Source: Macrostomum lignano
Lineage: Eukaryota
Assembly (NCBI GenBank): GCA_002269645.1
Contig: NIVC01002047.1
Span: 1 to 64,000, forward strand
Direction: 5' to 3'
DNA: 64,000 bases
Below, piece by piece: positions 10,968 through 23,927 of this stretch (the first letter of the stretch is position 1; every line of letters begins with the position of its first letter). The position numbers and the translations under genes were made by a program. The notes under the pieces were generated by a model. The model was not told the DNA's origin, made no database searches, and worked only from the letters and a program-made list of their open reading frames with translations.

Positions 10968-12194
10968 ATGAAGTTACAATTAATAATCCGGGTTTTCTTC
11001 TACCTCTGCTTTATAATAACAATCTTTACAAAGAGCGTTATTGGCTATGCAATCGATCCAAGCTGCAAAATTGTATGCAACTCTACTATTCAATACATAG
11101 GGCTTGGCTGCACTTGCGAGCCATGCTCAACCATCGAGAGTCGTTGCAGCGACCCTATAAAACCAGTTGATTACTCGAAGTGCAAGAAAATCAATGATTC
11201 AATGCGGTGCACAGAATTTTTTCGTAGGTCTCCATTAGTTCAAATGCAGTCACAGTCAGTATCTACACCTCAGCCAACTGTTACATCTCAGACAACAGTT
11301 GCATCTCAGACAACAGTTACATCTACATTGAATAACAGCAGTCTTTCGTGGCAGATACCTGTGATCTGTGGAATTGTTATTGTTATTGTAGTCATAATTG
11401 TTTGTCCCTTGTGTAAGAGATTCAAGTCTAAGAAGAAACGTAGGACAAGCGATAACGAAGCTGGCATTCCTCTTAATCCGTTTACTGATACGAAATTCAA
11501 CGAAGAAGAAAAGTCACAAGCTGAAAATGATCAAACTACGGTTTTGAACGTCCCGACCAATAATGACTTGGAGCTCGTACGTAATTCAGACTCCGAGTCC
11601 ATGAATGACGAAGCTTCAGTTGTTGAGCCTTTTGTATCGGTTCCCACGTCTGTCAGCGGACACCAAACCTTGTCCATCAATGCTGACGTTCACCAGGAGC
11701 CTACGCCACCATTAGAACGAGCTTCGTCAATTCGAGAAAGCCCAGAAGATTCCGGTGAAGTTCACGGGTCATCTTCACATTCAAGCGTCGTGGAAGCTGC
11801 TGTCGCTACACCAGTCAGAAGCAATAGCTCCAGCCCAAACGGAGCCAGTGCTGCTGTTAGCAACGTGTCAGTCCATTGCAGTGAAGCATTCTCTAACAAT
11901 TTAGCCAATGGAAGCTCCGGTAACTCGTCTTTTGATTGCGGCTCTCTACACGAAGATCTGGGTTCCAGATCGGATGGCGAAGCCGGCGCCAGATCATCCA
12001 TCAGGGCTCCTTCCGGTCGGGTTTTTAGAAATCCAAGCTCCGACCAAGTACACAGGCGTACTATGGATACCATGGATTCGTCTACCCAGAGACAGCCTGT
12101 CAGAGATAATTTGCGCCCAGTATTGGCTGAGCAGACAACTTTGCCCGTTGTTATTACCGATAATCCTTCTCCGCCTGAGATGCCACATTTTTAA
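10968..12194 (+). CDS. Single-pass type I membrane protein: signal peptide, 8-Cys ectodomain (TNFR-like?), S/T stalk, TM, long disordered tail (408 aa)
   Basis: Uninterrupted non-repetitive 408-aa ORF with a hydrophobic N-terminus, a Cys cluster, TM IPVICGIVIVIVVIIVCPLC followed by basic KRFKSKKKRR, and an acceptor-like CTAAT..ATAAG just upstream (AG at 10956-57). The family call is inference. Confidence 0.75.
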   Translation: MKLQLIIRVFFYLCFIITIFTKSVIGYAIDPSCKIVCNSTIQYIGLGCTCEPCSTIESRCSDPIKPVDYSKCKKINDSMRCTEFFRRSPLVQMQSQSVSTPQPTVTSQTTVASQTTVTSTLNNSSLSWQIPVICGIVIVIVVIIVCPLCKRFKSKKKRRTSDNEAGIPLNPFTDTKFNEEEKSQAENDQTTVLNVPTNNDLELVRNSDSESMNDEASVVEPFVSVPTSVSGHQTLSINADVHQEPTPPLERASSIRESPEDSGEVHGSSSHSSVVEAAVATPVRSNSSSPNGASAAVSNVSVHCSEAFSNNLANGSSGNSSFDCGSLHEDLGSRSDGEAGARSSIRAPSGRVFRNPSSDQVHRRTMDTMDSSTQRQPVRDNLRPVLAEQTTLPVVITDNPSPPEMPHF

Positions 12195-12271
12195 CGGCGT
12201 TAACAGTTTCAAATAGTTGAAAAAATATTCGTATAATCGCGTCATCTCGTATATTCGCATCAGCTGGTCTC

Positions 12272-13210
12272 TGGTCGGACGACCTGTTCTTTGAGGCATC
12301 CTCTGAGGTGCTTCAGGGAGATCGTTTGTTTGCGCCATTCCTGTTCGTCCTGGTGCTTGACTGGATGCTGCGGACTGCCCTTCATTCTAACGACGACGGC
12401 TTCCTGCTGCAGCGACGCATGGGTCGACGCCAACCGGAGAGGCGGCTTAACGTGCTTGGCTGCGTCGACAATCTCGCCCTGCTGTCCTCGACCGTCGAGG
12501 GCACCCAGCGCCAGTTGGACCAGCTGGCCAGCTTTTCGGCGAGTGTCGGCCTAGTGGTCAACACGCAGAAGACCGTTGTGCTCTGCATGTCGGACGACAT
12601 CTAGGCTGCTATTTTTTGCCGAAGCGCTGACGGGCAGGAGACGAAGCTTCTGCGCTGTCAGCAGTTCGTCTACCTCGGCGGTCTGGTTCCCGGCGTCCGC
12701 GAGGATTTGCGGCGTCGCCGCGGGCTTGCCTGGGCTGCTTTTCGTTCTGTGAGGGCAGTCCTGCAGTCCGAGGCCTTACCTGACCGCCAAAGGGCGGCGT
12801 TGTTCCAGGCTGTCCTGCTGTACAACGCCGAGACCTGGATGCTGACGGAGTCGCTCGAGCATCAAGTTCACGCGGCGCACGCTGGCCTGCTGCGCGCCGC
12901 CTTCAAGATCGGCTACGAGCGAGTGACCAACGCGGCTTTGTATCACCGCGCCAGCCTGGTCCGTCCAAGCGACCTGTTGCGCCGTCGGCGACTCCAGCTG
13001 GCAGGCCACATCATCCGAGCCGAGTCGTACTGCCCGCAGCCGGTGCAGGAGGTGCTGCTGCTGACGCTGCAGGCGCCCTACCGGCGGTTCAGGCGCGCAC
13101 TCGGCGTTTCGTCGACTGCCAGACACAGCCGGCGGTGCGGCCGACGTTCGCCTTGAAACGCGGTCTGCGACATTGTCCCACGTTTGGTTTTGTCGTTGTT
13201 GTTAGTTAGT
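12272..13210 (+). mobile_element. 5'-truncated, decayed RTE-clade LINE (RT C-half and 3' domain)
   Basis: VLQGD..APFLFVLVLDW, degenerate YADD (CVDNLALL), GLVVNTQKT, FVYLG, then the RTE-type AWAAF..LLYNAETW..RRRLQLAGHI..R. In-frame stop at 12602-04 and a GTT/TTAG-rich tail. Confidence 0.88.
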
Positions 13211-14816
13211 ATTGTACGTATTCACCAGCAGCATCCGGCCAGCGCCTTGACGTGACATTTTGTCGTACTTGATTTTTTATATTAGTTAACTTTCGACTTA
13301 AAGTTTTTGTACCATAACTTAACAATTCAATTTTGACTTGTGCTGAAAAGTTATATCAGTTAACTTTATCAACTAAAGTTTTACACTCCACTTGGGGCCA
13401 TTTATTTGAACTTTGTTTTTCAAATTTAAAGTTTAAAGTTAGAAAATCTACGCGTTTATGCCCGTCTGTGTGCCACTGCTCGTGCGCGGCTCTTGTGCTA
13501 ATGCGTTCTTCGCATGGATTCTTCGCTACAAAATTACATAGACGCGCATACTTTATTATTCCTTTTTGTACTTTATTGGTAGACTTATACTTGTACTTAT
13601 TCTGTTTATTGTTATTTTTTATCCTTGCCACAGATACTAGAATAAGTATATGGGCCACTCAGCACATTTTCGTGTAAGCTACTTCAGTTCAGTAGTAAGT
13701 TAAACTGTAGCTTTTTAATGTATTTTGAAAGCCAAGGCAAATTGGCTCTTACCCACAGCCTTAAACCCTCCAACCGCGCCTCCCCACACTACCCCCCAGC
13801 CCCACCCCAATTTTTATTGCCTTTCTCGCCTAAAGCAGCCATGTACATTTCAGTAGACTGGCCAATGTACATTATTGCTGAACCAATTAGCAAGTTGTTT
13901 ACGCCTGCTAGCTTGGGCTTCTAAACTTATAAAGTAATTTCAGCTGCCTTTACTTTTATACAATAGCTTGTGTATTCCTCTTTTCTACTGAACTGAAAGT
14001 AGAAAGCTGTTTTACTAAGTATATCTGCCTGAGTGGCCCATCTAGTTATTTTTGTATCTGTGATACTTGCACAAAGCTTATGATTTCAGCGACTCCTTCG
14101 AATGCTCTTTGGCTCTCGTAAAAGTGCTTTTTAAAGTTTGTTTAAGCATAGGGCAATGGAAAATTCTATTTGACCTTTTTGTCATGCAGAAGACAGTCAG
14201 TAATTAATTACAGACCTGCTTGAATTTTACGGCTGTATTGCTGGAAGTCTGTTGTGTTTTTTTTTCTACCAAGTTCAACTGGATGACCACACTTTTGGAG
14301 TCTCATTTTTTCTATTTTTTTAAGAACAATGACTTTTCACTTTTGCTGCTGGCTCGAAATTTATTATTTTAACGAATTCGACGATGAAAAAGAATTTTTC
14401 AGCTGTTTAAGCTTGTGAGATTTCTGGTGTACATGCAAGCTAAAACAATATTTTATTTTTATAGTAGCAAATGATCGAGCTAGTTACTAGTTAAAGTAGT
14501 CGCTACAATCTGTAATATTTATTGAAAAATTGTAAAAGAGCTATTATTTATTGATAGTAAAACATTTATCTGAGTTAATTACTTGCTGCTTAAAAAAAAG
14601 AAATCATTTATGAAAGAATTTCTTTTTCTGTTATTTGTTTTTTTCGTGTAAAACTGACTTCTTCATGCCAAAGAAAATCATGCTTTAAATAATTTGATGA
14701 CGAAAAAATATTCAAATACGTTAAATTATTACTCCCAGTTGCATGTACATCCCCATGTACAGTTATAGATGGCCTGTTTTTCAGCCAACGTTGTATGAAT
14801 TCTGCACAAGCCTAAG

Positions 14817-15869
14817 ACCGCATTCGAGACACAGTAGGACTGCATTAGAGACAGTGGGACTGCATTAGACAGTAGGACTGCATTAGAGGCATTGGGACTG
14901 CATTAGAGGCAGTGGGACTGCATTAGACAGTAGGACTGCATTAGAAAGTGGGACTGCATTAGACAGTGGGACTGCATTAGACAGTGGGACTGCATTAGAG
15001 ACACAGTGGGACTGCATTAGACAGTGGGACTGCATTAGACAGTGGGACTGCATTAGACACACAGTGGGACTGCATTAGAGACACAGTGGGACTGCATTAG
15101 ACACACAGTGGGACTGCATTAGAGAGACAGTGGGACTGCATTAGAGAGACAGTGGGACTGCATTAGAGACACAGTGGGACTGCATTACACACACAGTGGG
15201 ACTGCATTACACACACAGTGGGACTGCATTAGAGAGACAGTGGGACTGCATTAGAGACACAGTGGGACTGCATTAGAGATACAGTGGGACTGCATTAGAG
15301 AGACAGTGGGACTGCATTAGAGATACAGTGGGACTGCATTAGAGAGACAGTGGGACTGCATTAGAGAGACAGTGGGACTGCATTAGAGAGACAGTGGGAC
15401 TGCATTAGAGAGACAGTGGGACTGCATTAGAGACACAGTGGGACTGCATTAGAGAGACAGTGGGACTGCATTAGAGAGACAGTGGGACTGCATTAGAGAC
15501 ACAGTGGGACTGCATTAGAGAGACAGTGGGACTGCATTAGAGAGACAGTGGGACTGCATTAGAGAGACAGTGGGACTGCATTAGAGAGACAGTGGGACTG
15601 CATTAGAGATACAGTGGGACTGCATTAGAGAGACAGTGGGACTGCATTAGAGAGACAGTGGGACTGCATTAGAGAGACAGTGGGACTGCATTAGAGAGAC
15701 AGTGGGACTGCATTAGAGACACAGTGGGACTGCATTAGAGAGACAGTGGGACTGCATTAGAGAGACAGTGGGACTGCATTAGAGAGACAGTGGGACTGCA
15801 TTAGAGAGACAGTGGGACTGCATTAGAGAGACAGTGGGACTGCATTAGAGAGACAGTGGGACTGCATTA
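14817..15869. repeat. Minisatellite, core GTGGGACTGCATTAG plus variable (AG/AC)n-ACA, unit 19-25 bp
   Basis: More than 40 tandem copies are visible. Confidence 0.96.
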
Positions 15870-16173
15870 AATCATGTAAAGAAGACAAAGTGCGTGTCTT
15901 ACCCACTGTCTGATACTGGTATCTGAGCAGGCAATCCTGCGTCATATATGCTATAGACTAATTATAGCTGGCACGAATGCAGCCTCAACGTGTCTCACCT
16001 CGAGCAACATGCGAACGGCCGTAAAAGGCATTAAGCGACGGGCACGTGGGGGACAAGAAGCCCATATATATTGTACATGTAGACTCCTGATGGAAGTAAG
16101 TTTATATCTGACTATTCATTCGATTCATTGCAAACATAGCTTTCATTAACGTATCTTGCGATACCAACTAAAA

Positions 16174-19100
16174 ATGAAACTATTTGTATTGTTTGCTATA
16201 GCATCCCTGATTTTGGGTAAGCCAGTTTCATTTTTTGTGATTTTTTGTTCAGCATTCAAATTGCAATCAAAGCTACCAGTTCATCAAAAAATAATCATTG
16301 CGTAATTAAAAACATTCATTTCTGTATAGGTGGAAAGGTGACCAACGCCCAAGTAACTACATCGGTGAACACCACTGCTGCACCAGTGGACACAACTGTT
16401 GTACCGGTGAACAGAAATGCGGCGCTGCTGATCACAACTGCTTCACCAGTAGACGTTACATCTAAACCCGAGGACACAACTGCTGCACCAGCGGACACCA
16501 CAGCTTCACCAAAAGAAACAACTTCTGCATCTGAGGACACAACTGCTGGATCTGAGGACACAACTGCTGGATCTGAGGACACAACTTCTGCATCTGAGGA
16601 CACAACTTCTGCATCTGAGGACACAACTGCTGGATCTGAGGACACAACTGCTGGATCTGAGGACATAACTGCTGCATCTGAGGACACAACTTCTGCACGG
16701 GTGGACACCACAGCAACACCTGAAGACACAACTGCTGCTCCGGTGGAGACCACTGCTGCATCTGAAGACACAACTGCTGCACCGGTGGACACAATTGCTG
16801 TACCTAAGGACACGACTGCTGCACCTGAGGACACAACTGCTGCACCGGTGGACACAACTGCTGCACTGGTGGACACAACTTCTGTATCTAAGGTCACAAC
16901 TGCTGCACCTGAGGACACAACTGCTGTACCTAATGACACAACTGCTGTACCTAAGGACACAACTGCTGTACCTAAGGACACAACTGCTGCAACCGTGGAC
17001 AAAACTGCTGTACCTAAGGACACCACTGCTGCACCGGAGGACACATCTGCTGTACCTAAGGACACAACTGCTGTAGCTAAAGACACAACTGCTGCACTGA
17101 TGGACACAACTGCTTCACTGGTGGACACAACTGCTGTACCTAAAGACACCACTTCTGCACCTGACGGCACAACTGCTGCACCGGAGGACACAACTGCTGT
17201 ACCTAAGGACACAACTGCTTCACTGGTGGACACAACTGCTATATCTAAGGACACCACAGCTGCACCTGAAGACACAACAGCTGTACCTAAGGACACAACT
17301 GCTGTAGCTGAAGACACAACTGTTGCAGCAGTGGACACAACAGTTGCACCAATGGATACCACAACTGCTGCAGCTGAGGACACAACTGCTGCACCGGTGG
17401 ACACAACTGCTGCACCGGTGGACACAACTGCTGCACCGGTGGACACAACTGCTGCACCGGCGGACACAACTGCTGAACGGGCGGACACAACTGCTGCACC
17501 TGAGGACAGAACTGCTGCAACGGTGTACACAACTGCTGTACCTGAGGATATAACTGCTGCAACTACGGACACAACTGCTGTACCTAAGGACACAACTGCT
17601 GCACCTGAGGACACAACTGCTGCAACGGTGGACAAAACTGCTGTACCTAAGGACACCACTGCTGTAGCTAAAGACACAACTGCTGCACCGATGGACACAA
17701 CTGCTGTACCTGAAGACACCACTTCTGCACCTGAGGGCACAACTGCTTCGCTGGTGGACGCAACTGCTGTACCGGAGGACACAACTGCTGCACCGGAGAA
17801 CACAACTGCTGTAGCTGAAGACACAACTGCTGCAGCAGTGGACACAACAGTTGCACCAATGGATACCGCAACTGCTGCATCTAAGGACACAACTCCTGCA
17901 CCTAAGGACACAACTACAGCACCGGTGGGCACCACTGCTGCACCTGAAGACACAACTGCTGTACTGGTGGACACAACTCCTGCACCGGTAGACACAACTG
18001 CTGTACCTGAAGACACCACTTCTGCACCTGAGGGCATAACTGCTTCACTGGTGGACGCAACTGCTGTACCTAAGGACACCACTGCTGCACCGGAGGACAC
18101 AACTGCTGCACCGGAGGACACAACTGCTGTAGCTGAAGACACAACTGCTGCAGCAGTGGACACAACAGTTGCACCAATGGATACCGCAACTGCTGCATCT
18201 AATAACACAACTGCTGCACCGGTGGACACCACTGCTGCACCTGAAGACACAACTGCTGCTCCGGTGGACACCACTGCTGCACCGGTGGACACAACTGCTG
18301 CACCAGTGAACACAACTGCTGCACCGGCGGACACAACTGCTGAACGGGTGGACACAACTGCTGAACGGGCGGACACAACTGCTGCACCTAAGGACACAAC
18401 GCCTGCACTGGTAGACACAACTGCAGCACCGGTGGGCACCACTGCTGCACCTGAAGACACAACTGCTGTACCGGTGGACACAACGCCTGCACCTAAGGAC
18501 ACAACTACAGCACCGGTGGGCACCACTGCTGCACCTGAAGACACAACTGCTGTACCGGTGGACACAACTCCTGCACCGGTAGACACAACTGTTGTACCTG
18601 AGGACACAACTGCTGCACCAGTGGACACAACTGCTGCACCTAAAGACACAACCGCTTCATCTGAAGGCACAACCGCTACACCTGAGGACGCAACTCCTGT
18701 ACCGGTGGAGACCACTGCTGTACCTGAGGACACAACTGCTGCACCGGTGGACACAACTGCTGAACGGGAGGACACAACTGCTGCACCGGCGGACACAACT
18801 GCTGTACCTGAGGACAAAACTGCAGCATCGACTTCTGCAGTGCTGACTTCAACCTTAGCTGGACTTTCTGCCTGCGAAAAAGACTACTGCAGCAACAATG
18901 GTCTATGCTCGGTATCTGAAAAGAACGGCAGCCGAGTTTGCAACTGTCAACCGGGTTTTGTTGGCGATCTGTGTGCTGATAGTAAGTCAATTAAATTACT
19001 AGTCATTTAGCACTTGTCCTATTGCGTCAAACTGAGAATGTTTTCTATTGAAACTGCTTCAATTTTACTTGTCTACACTTACCTACAGTTGAACGCTGGT

Positions 19101-21464
19101 ACAATTTAACCTTGCTGGTTAATGATGAGGTTGGTCAGCCTCTGGTCTGGAATGCGACACTTCATGGCCAGCTGCACTCTGAGGAGAGCCGAAGATTGGG
19201 CAAACTTCTGTGCGATCAGGTAGGCTTATCGTTTTGAGTTTATTTAAAAGTACATTCCACGGGATTTTAGTTCCGGGGGGTTTCAGTTCTTTAAGAATAT
19301 CATTTCCGGTTGGATTTCAGTTCCGAGGGAATTTCAGTTCTGGGGGTTCAATGCGGTTGGCCAATAGGCAGTGACAGTGTTCTAAGCAGGCCATTTCGTT
19401 TAGACTGGCGCTCCAAAAACACTGAAATTCAACGACGCCAAAAAAATCGCAATCCTGACAGGTGCTCAGAACGATTCGAAGTTCCGGCCAGCCTCAGTTC
19501 GAACTGGCCATCTATGGCTGCAATCTGACTGCCTTGCGTCAGGGTTCAGTCATCGCTGAGCTTGAACTGACGGCAAGTTTCCCACAAAATGCTTCGGTAA
19601 CTAAGGACTCTGTCTCATCTGGTCAACTGCTGGAAGCTTTGCACAACAGCATGACGCTGAGCAATGCCACGTTTGGCTCGAATCTTACTGTTAAATGTGA
19701 GCAAATATTTTATGCACGGTTGAATTGATATCCGCGCATTCATTGGGGCCTGTGTGCGCACGAAAATTGGCCAGGTGGGTTGTCCTGTGATTCACAGCCA
19801 TAAGTGCCAACAAAATATAGCGCCTGCAGCGCCAAAATGAGTGCCTGCAACGCTAAAATGAGTTTCTGCGGCGCCAAAATGAGTGTCTGCAGCGCCACAA
19901 AATGAGTGTCTGCGGTGCCAAAATGAGTGTCTGCGGTGCCAAAATGAGTCTCTGCGGTGCCAAAATGAGTCTCTGCGGTGCCAAAATGAGTGTCTGCGGC
20001 GCCAAAATGAGTGCCTGCGGTGCCAAAATGAGTGCCTGCGGTACCAAAATGAGTCTCTGCGGTGCCAAAATGAGTGTCTGCGGCGCCAAAATGAGTGCCT
20101 GCGGTGCCAAAATGAGTGCCTGCGGTACCACAAAATGAGTGTCTGCGGTGCCAAAACGAGTGCTTGCAACGCTAAAATGAGTGTCTGCAGCGCCACAAAA
20201 TGAGTGTCTGCGGTGCCAGTATGAGTGTCTGTGGTGCCAGTATGAGTGTCTGCGGTGCCACAAAATGAGTGCCTGCTGCGCTAAAGTGAGTGTCTGCAGC
20301 GCCAAAATGAGTGTCTGCAGCGCCAAAATGAGTGTCTGCAGCGCCAAAATGAGGGTCTGCGGCGCCAAAATGAGTGCCTGCTGCGCTAAATATGCGCTGA
20401 CAACACCAATTCTGAAAATAATGTATAACATTTAGAATTCTTGGTTGTCCCCCCACCATACAATCCATGGCGACGCCCCTGAGGGTGACCACAGCCTTTC
20501 TGCGAATACGATAATTACAACATCAGTATAAGATCTCAGGTGCTTCAAAACAGACATTTTAGGCCGGTGAAACAAGCTGTTTAACTCGCTTTAGGGGACC
20601 AAAATTCGATCCAACTTCAGACGCAAGCCCATGCCGTAGCAGTACTGCGAACCTGTGCTCCGGCTACGCCACCTGCCGACCGTCGGTCTCCACCGGCGCC
20701 TACACCTGCGCTTGCCATCCCGGCTACGCGGATTTGAACCCGCGACTGTCTGGCAGCTCGTGCGCTCAACTGTGCTCAAGCGACACCTGTCCGGGTAGCA
20801 ACCGGGTCTGTCAGATGAGAACAAGCGATGGCCCGGCACTGTGCCTGTGCAAGCCGGGTTATTCAGGACCCGACTGTCTGCAGCAGCTACAGCAGACGCA
20901 ACCAAATCAGCAGCAAACGTCATCAGCAGTCATTGGTTTGAGCATTGCATTCTGTCTGCTGCTTCTAGTAGCAATTGCGGCAATTGTCTTCGCCGTCTTG
21001 GCCCAGCGCCGATCCTCGTCTGTCATCGGCCGGAATGGTCGGAGGCACTACCTGTCCGCTGTGTACCCGGCCGGTGACCCGGACGCTCTCGGCATGGACA
21101 GCCCGGCCCGGTGGCGACCGCTGGCCGAGGACAACTGGAGGACCGCCGCGGCCGGTGTGACCGCGGGCACGGCTACTGTTGGAGGCCAATCGGCAGCTGC
21201 GCAGCTGGTGAAGGTTGGCGCTACTGTCTGTCACTCCGATTCGCGTGTCTGTCACTCCGATTCGTGTGTCTGCCACTCGGATTCGCGTGTCTGTCACTCC
21301 GATTCACGTGTCTGTCACTCCGATTCGTGTGTCTGCCACTCCGATTCGTGTGTCTGCCACACCGATTCGTGTGTCTGCCACACCGATTCGTGTGTCTGCC
21401 ACTCCGATTTGTGTGTGTCACTCCGATTCGTGTGTCTGTCTTAATGTCTGTCTGTCTGTCTTAA

Positions 21465-21541
<77 letters not shown>

Positions 21542-21544
21542 TAA

Positions 21545-21577
<33 letters not shown>

Positions 21578-21580
21578 TAA

Positions 21581-21613
<33 letters not shown>

Positions 21614-21902
21614 TAATGTCTGTCTGTCTGTCTGTCTCCAACCCCAAACCAGTCGAAAGCAACACTGTCAATGCCTGCAATTTCAGTCCTACTCCAACCC
21701 AGCTCTGTCCGGCAGCTGCTACAACGTCAATGAAACTAACGAAAACGGCAAGCACCAGGTGAGAGACGCTTCACGTGTCATAGATTTTAGACCAGACGTA
21801 CAGGGTAGCGAATTTATTATTGAACTCAATTTCTTTCAGCCGGAGCCGGAAGAGATCCATGATGGACTCTGCAAAGATTGCCGTGACCTCGGAACGATTT
21901 AA
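16174..21902 (+). CDS. Transmembrane mucin SP-PTS-EGF-SEA-EGF-EGF-TM-tail. Exons 16174-16216, 16330-18981, 19089-19219, 19462-19696, 20621-21213, 21687-21758, 21840-21902
   Basis: All six introns are GT-AG with matching phases (1,1,0,1,0,0). Signal MKLFVLFAIASLILG; about 830 aa of xDTTAxP heptads; EGF CEKDYC..C..CNCQPGFVGDLC; SEA with LRQGSVIA; two more EGFs; TM IGLSIAFCLLLLVAIAAIVFAVLA; tail SYSNPA ending GTI*. The exon 5 donor could be 21207 instead of 21213. Confidence 0.85.
19815..20390. repeat. 21-bp minisatellite (AAAATGAGTGTCTGCGGTGCC)n in mucin intron 4
   Basis: Tandem copies are visible and explain the ORFs at 19792-20492. Confidence 0.95.
21225..21437. repeat. 21-bp minisatellite (CTGTCACTCCGATTCGTGTGT)n in mucin intron 5
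   Basis: About 10 tandem copies directly after the exon 5 donor. Confidence 0.93.
21438..21637. repeat. (TCTG)n microsatellite
   Basis: Tetranucleotide run with TTAATG interruptions. Confidence 0.96.
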
Positions 21903-22289
21903 GTCGCAGTGCAGCGACACAGCAGTTTCTGATTTGCTTAATTACTGTTTTTTATGGATGGTTTGCTCGACACTCAATATCAATTTATTCCTGATTTGAT
22001 TCGATTTGAATTCCACTTTGCAATTTCGTGGGCTTTTAGATTTTCAATCTTACATTTAATCTTGCTATAGTATTGAATTAAATTACTAATATTACTACTA
22101 TTATTACTATTTCTCAATAAATAAACAAGTTTTAAGCATTTGCCCTACTGAGCGTTGGAAGTAGCTAAGCTCTGAACAGTAGTATGTGACGCATTTTGAT
22201 TTGCTTATTTAAACTGGTGTCTCATTTGCAGGCTCTGGAGACGTTAATTCAACATTAAGATATCAGTAAATACACCCCCGATTTGAGGC

Positions 22290-22780
22290 CCAATTTGACA
22301 ACTCCTGACACCTAATTTGACAACTCCTGACACCTATAATTTGACAACTCCTGACACCTAATTTGACAACTCCTGACACCTAATTTGACAACTCCTGACA
22401 CCTATAATTTGACAACACCTGACACCTAATTTGACAACTCCTGACACCTAATTTGACAACTCCTGACACCTAATTTGACAACTCCTGACACCTAATTTGA
22501 CAACCCCTGACACCTATAATTTGACAGCTCCTGACACCTAATTTTACAACCCGTGACACCTAATTTGACAGCTCCTGACACCTAATTTTACAACCCGTGA
22601 CACCTAATTTGACAACTCCTGACACCTATAAGTTGACAACCCCTGACACCTATAATTTGACAACTCCTGACACCTAATTTTACAACCCCTGACACCTATA
22701 ATTTGACAACTCCTGACACCTAATTTTACAACCCCTGACACCTATAATTTGGCAACTCCTGACATCTAATTTGACAACTG
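22290..22780. repeat. 22-24-bp minisatellite (ACAACTCCTGACACCTAATTTG)n
   Basis: About 21 tandem copies. Confidence 0.95.
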
Positions 22781-23927
22781 TCAGCAATTTGCACGATCGT
22801 GAATTATGATTAATTTATACAAGAAACAGGAGCCAAAAAAGAAAAGAAAAGGACAGCTGCGCTAACAGTCGAAGTAGATTTTATAACATTGTACGTAAGT
22901 TTTCAGTGTGCGTGCGTTGTTGGGCGGTGGGTAGAGAGACAGGCAAACACTGGGTGACACACCAGCTATATACAGGTAGGTCTGTGCCTAATTTGGTCTA
23001 TGCACACACAGACAGACACCTACGCCTATAGAATTGGACAAAATTGAGCAAAGGCAAGACGAAACTTTGAAATGAAAATTAATATTAAAACAATGTGCTT
23101 TCTAATTTTAACTATTATACAATAAACCAGTAAGATGTAACGCGTTTTTGCATTAATAGTCTGAAGGATTTAGAAAAATGATTTTGCTCCAAAAAAGAAT
23201 TAGCAGGATTGGCTGTTTATTAAAAGTACATTCTGTAACTTTCAAAGATTCACAGCTACGAGGGCCAACTCGCAAGGCACAGAGTGCACAACTGCCTGCT
23301 GACTGATTGGAAAATCAGAGCCGTTGTCCATCCTGTGTGAGCGTGTGTGTGAGTGCCAAAAAAACTCACAACTTTTTTTTGTTTTCTAATCAATTTAGCT
23401 ATTAAAATAAATATAATGCGACCGCCCACACATGTATTTTTTTTCAGTATGTAGCCGAATTAGAATACTGATTATACTGGATAAACGTGAACCCAAGGTA
23501 TGCGCACACACCCACTCCAGACTGGCTTACATTGAATTTCACTGTTCCAAATAGATTTTGAGTTTATTACCAACTCAAGACTCTCTTATATTTGCATTGA
23601 ACGTTCAATTGTTGACTTTTGAATGTTTTTACTTAGGCTCGTAATTTATGTCCGTGTCAGTTAGTCTCCCCACGCAGATTGCTGCACCACCGCATGGTTG
23701 AGTGGGTGGGCGGACCTTTTAATAGTGTGTGCTATTTGCTACTATTTGTTACTCAGTCTGTTTAAAACTTTAATTCCTGCGGGGCAGTTACGGAGACGGG
23801 CCGGCAATCACAGTAGACTCAATTGGATTCATCCATATTCATTTGTGGCTTGTGGGTGCATGTGAAAATTGGCCAGATGATGGGTTTTCGCGCGCGATTC
23901 ACAGCCATATGATAGCCAGCTGCCTAT

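Noticed and set aside
12240-13240. TSD for the RTE fragment
   Set aside because: The flanks are only loosely similar (GTATATTCGCATCAG versus GTACGTATTCACCAG), which is not enough to call.
14817-15869. CRISPR-like look (constant core with variable linker), also at 62905-63736
   Set aside because: The linkers are short AG/AC slippage variants rather than unique spacers, the context is eukaryotic, and there are no cas genes.
16316-18817. 833-aa antisense Val/Ala/Ser ORF and short Q/L-rich ORFs
   Set aside because: They are shadows of the mucin repeat exon, and the sense frame has the signal peptide, EGF and matching splice phases.
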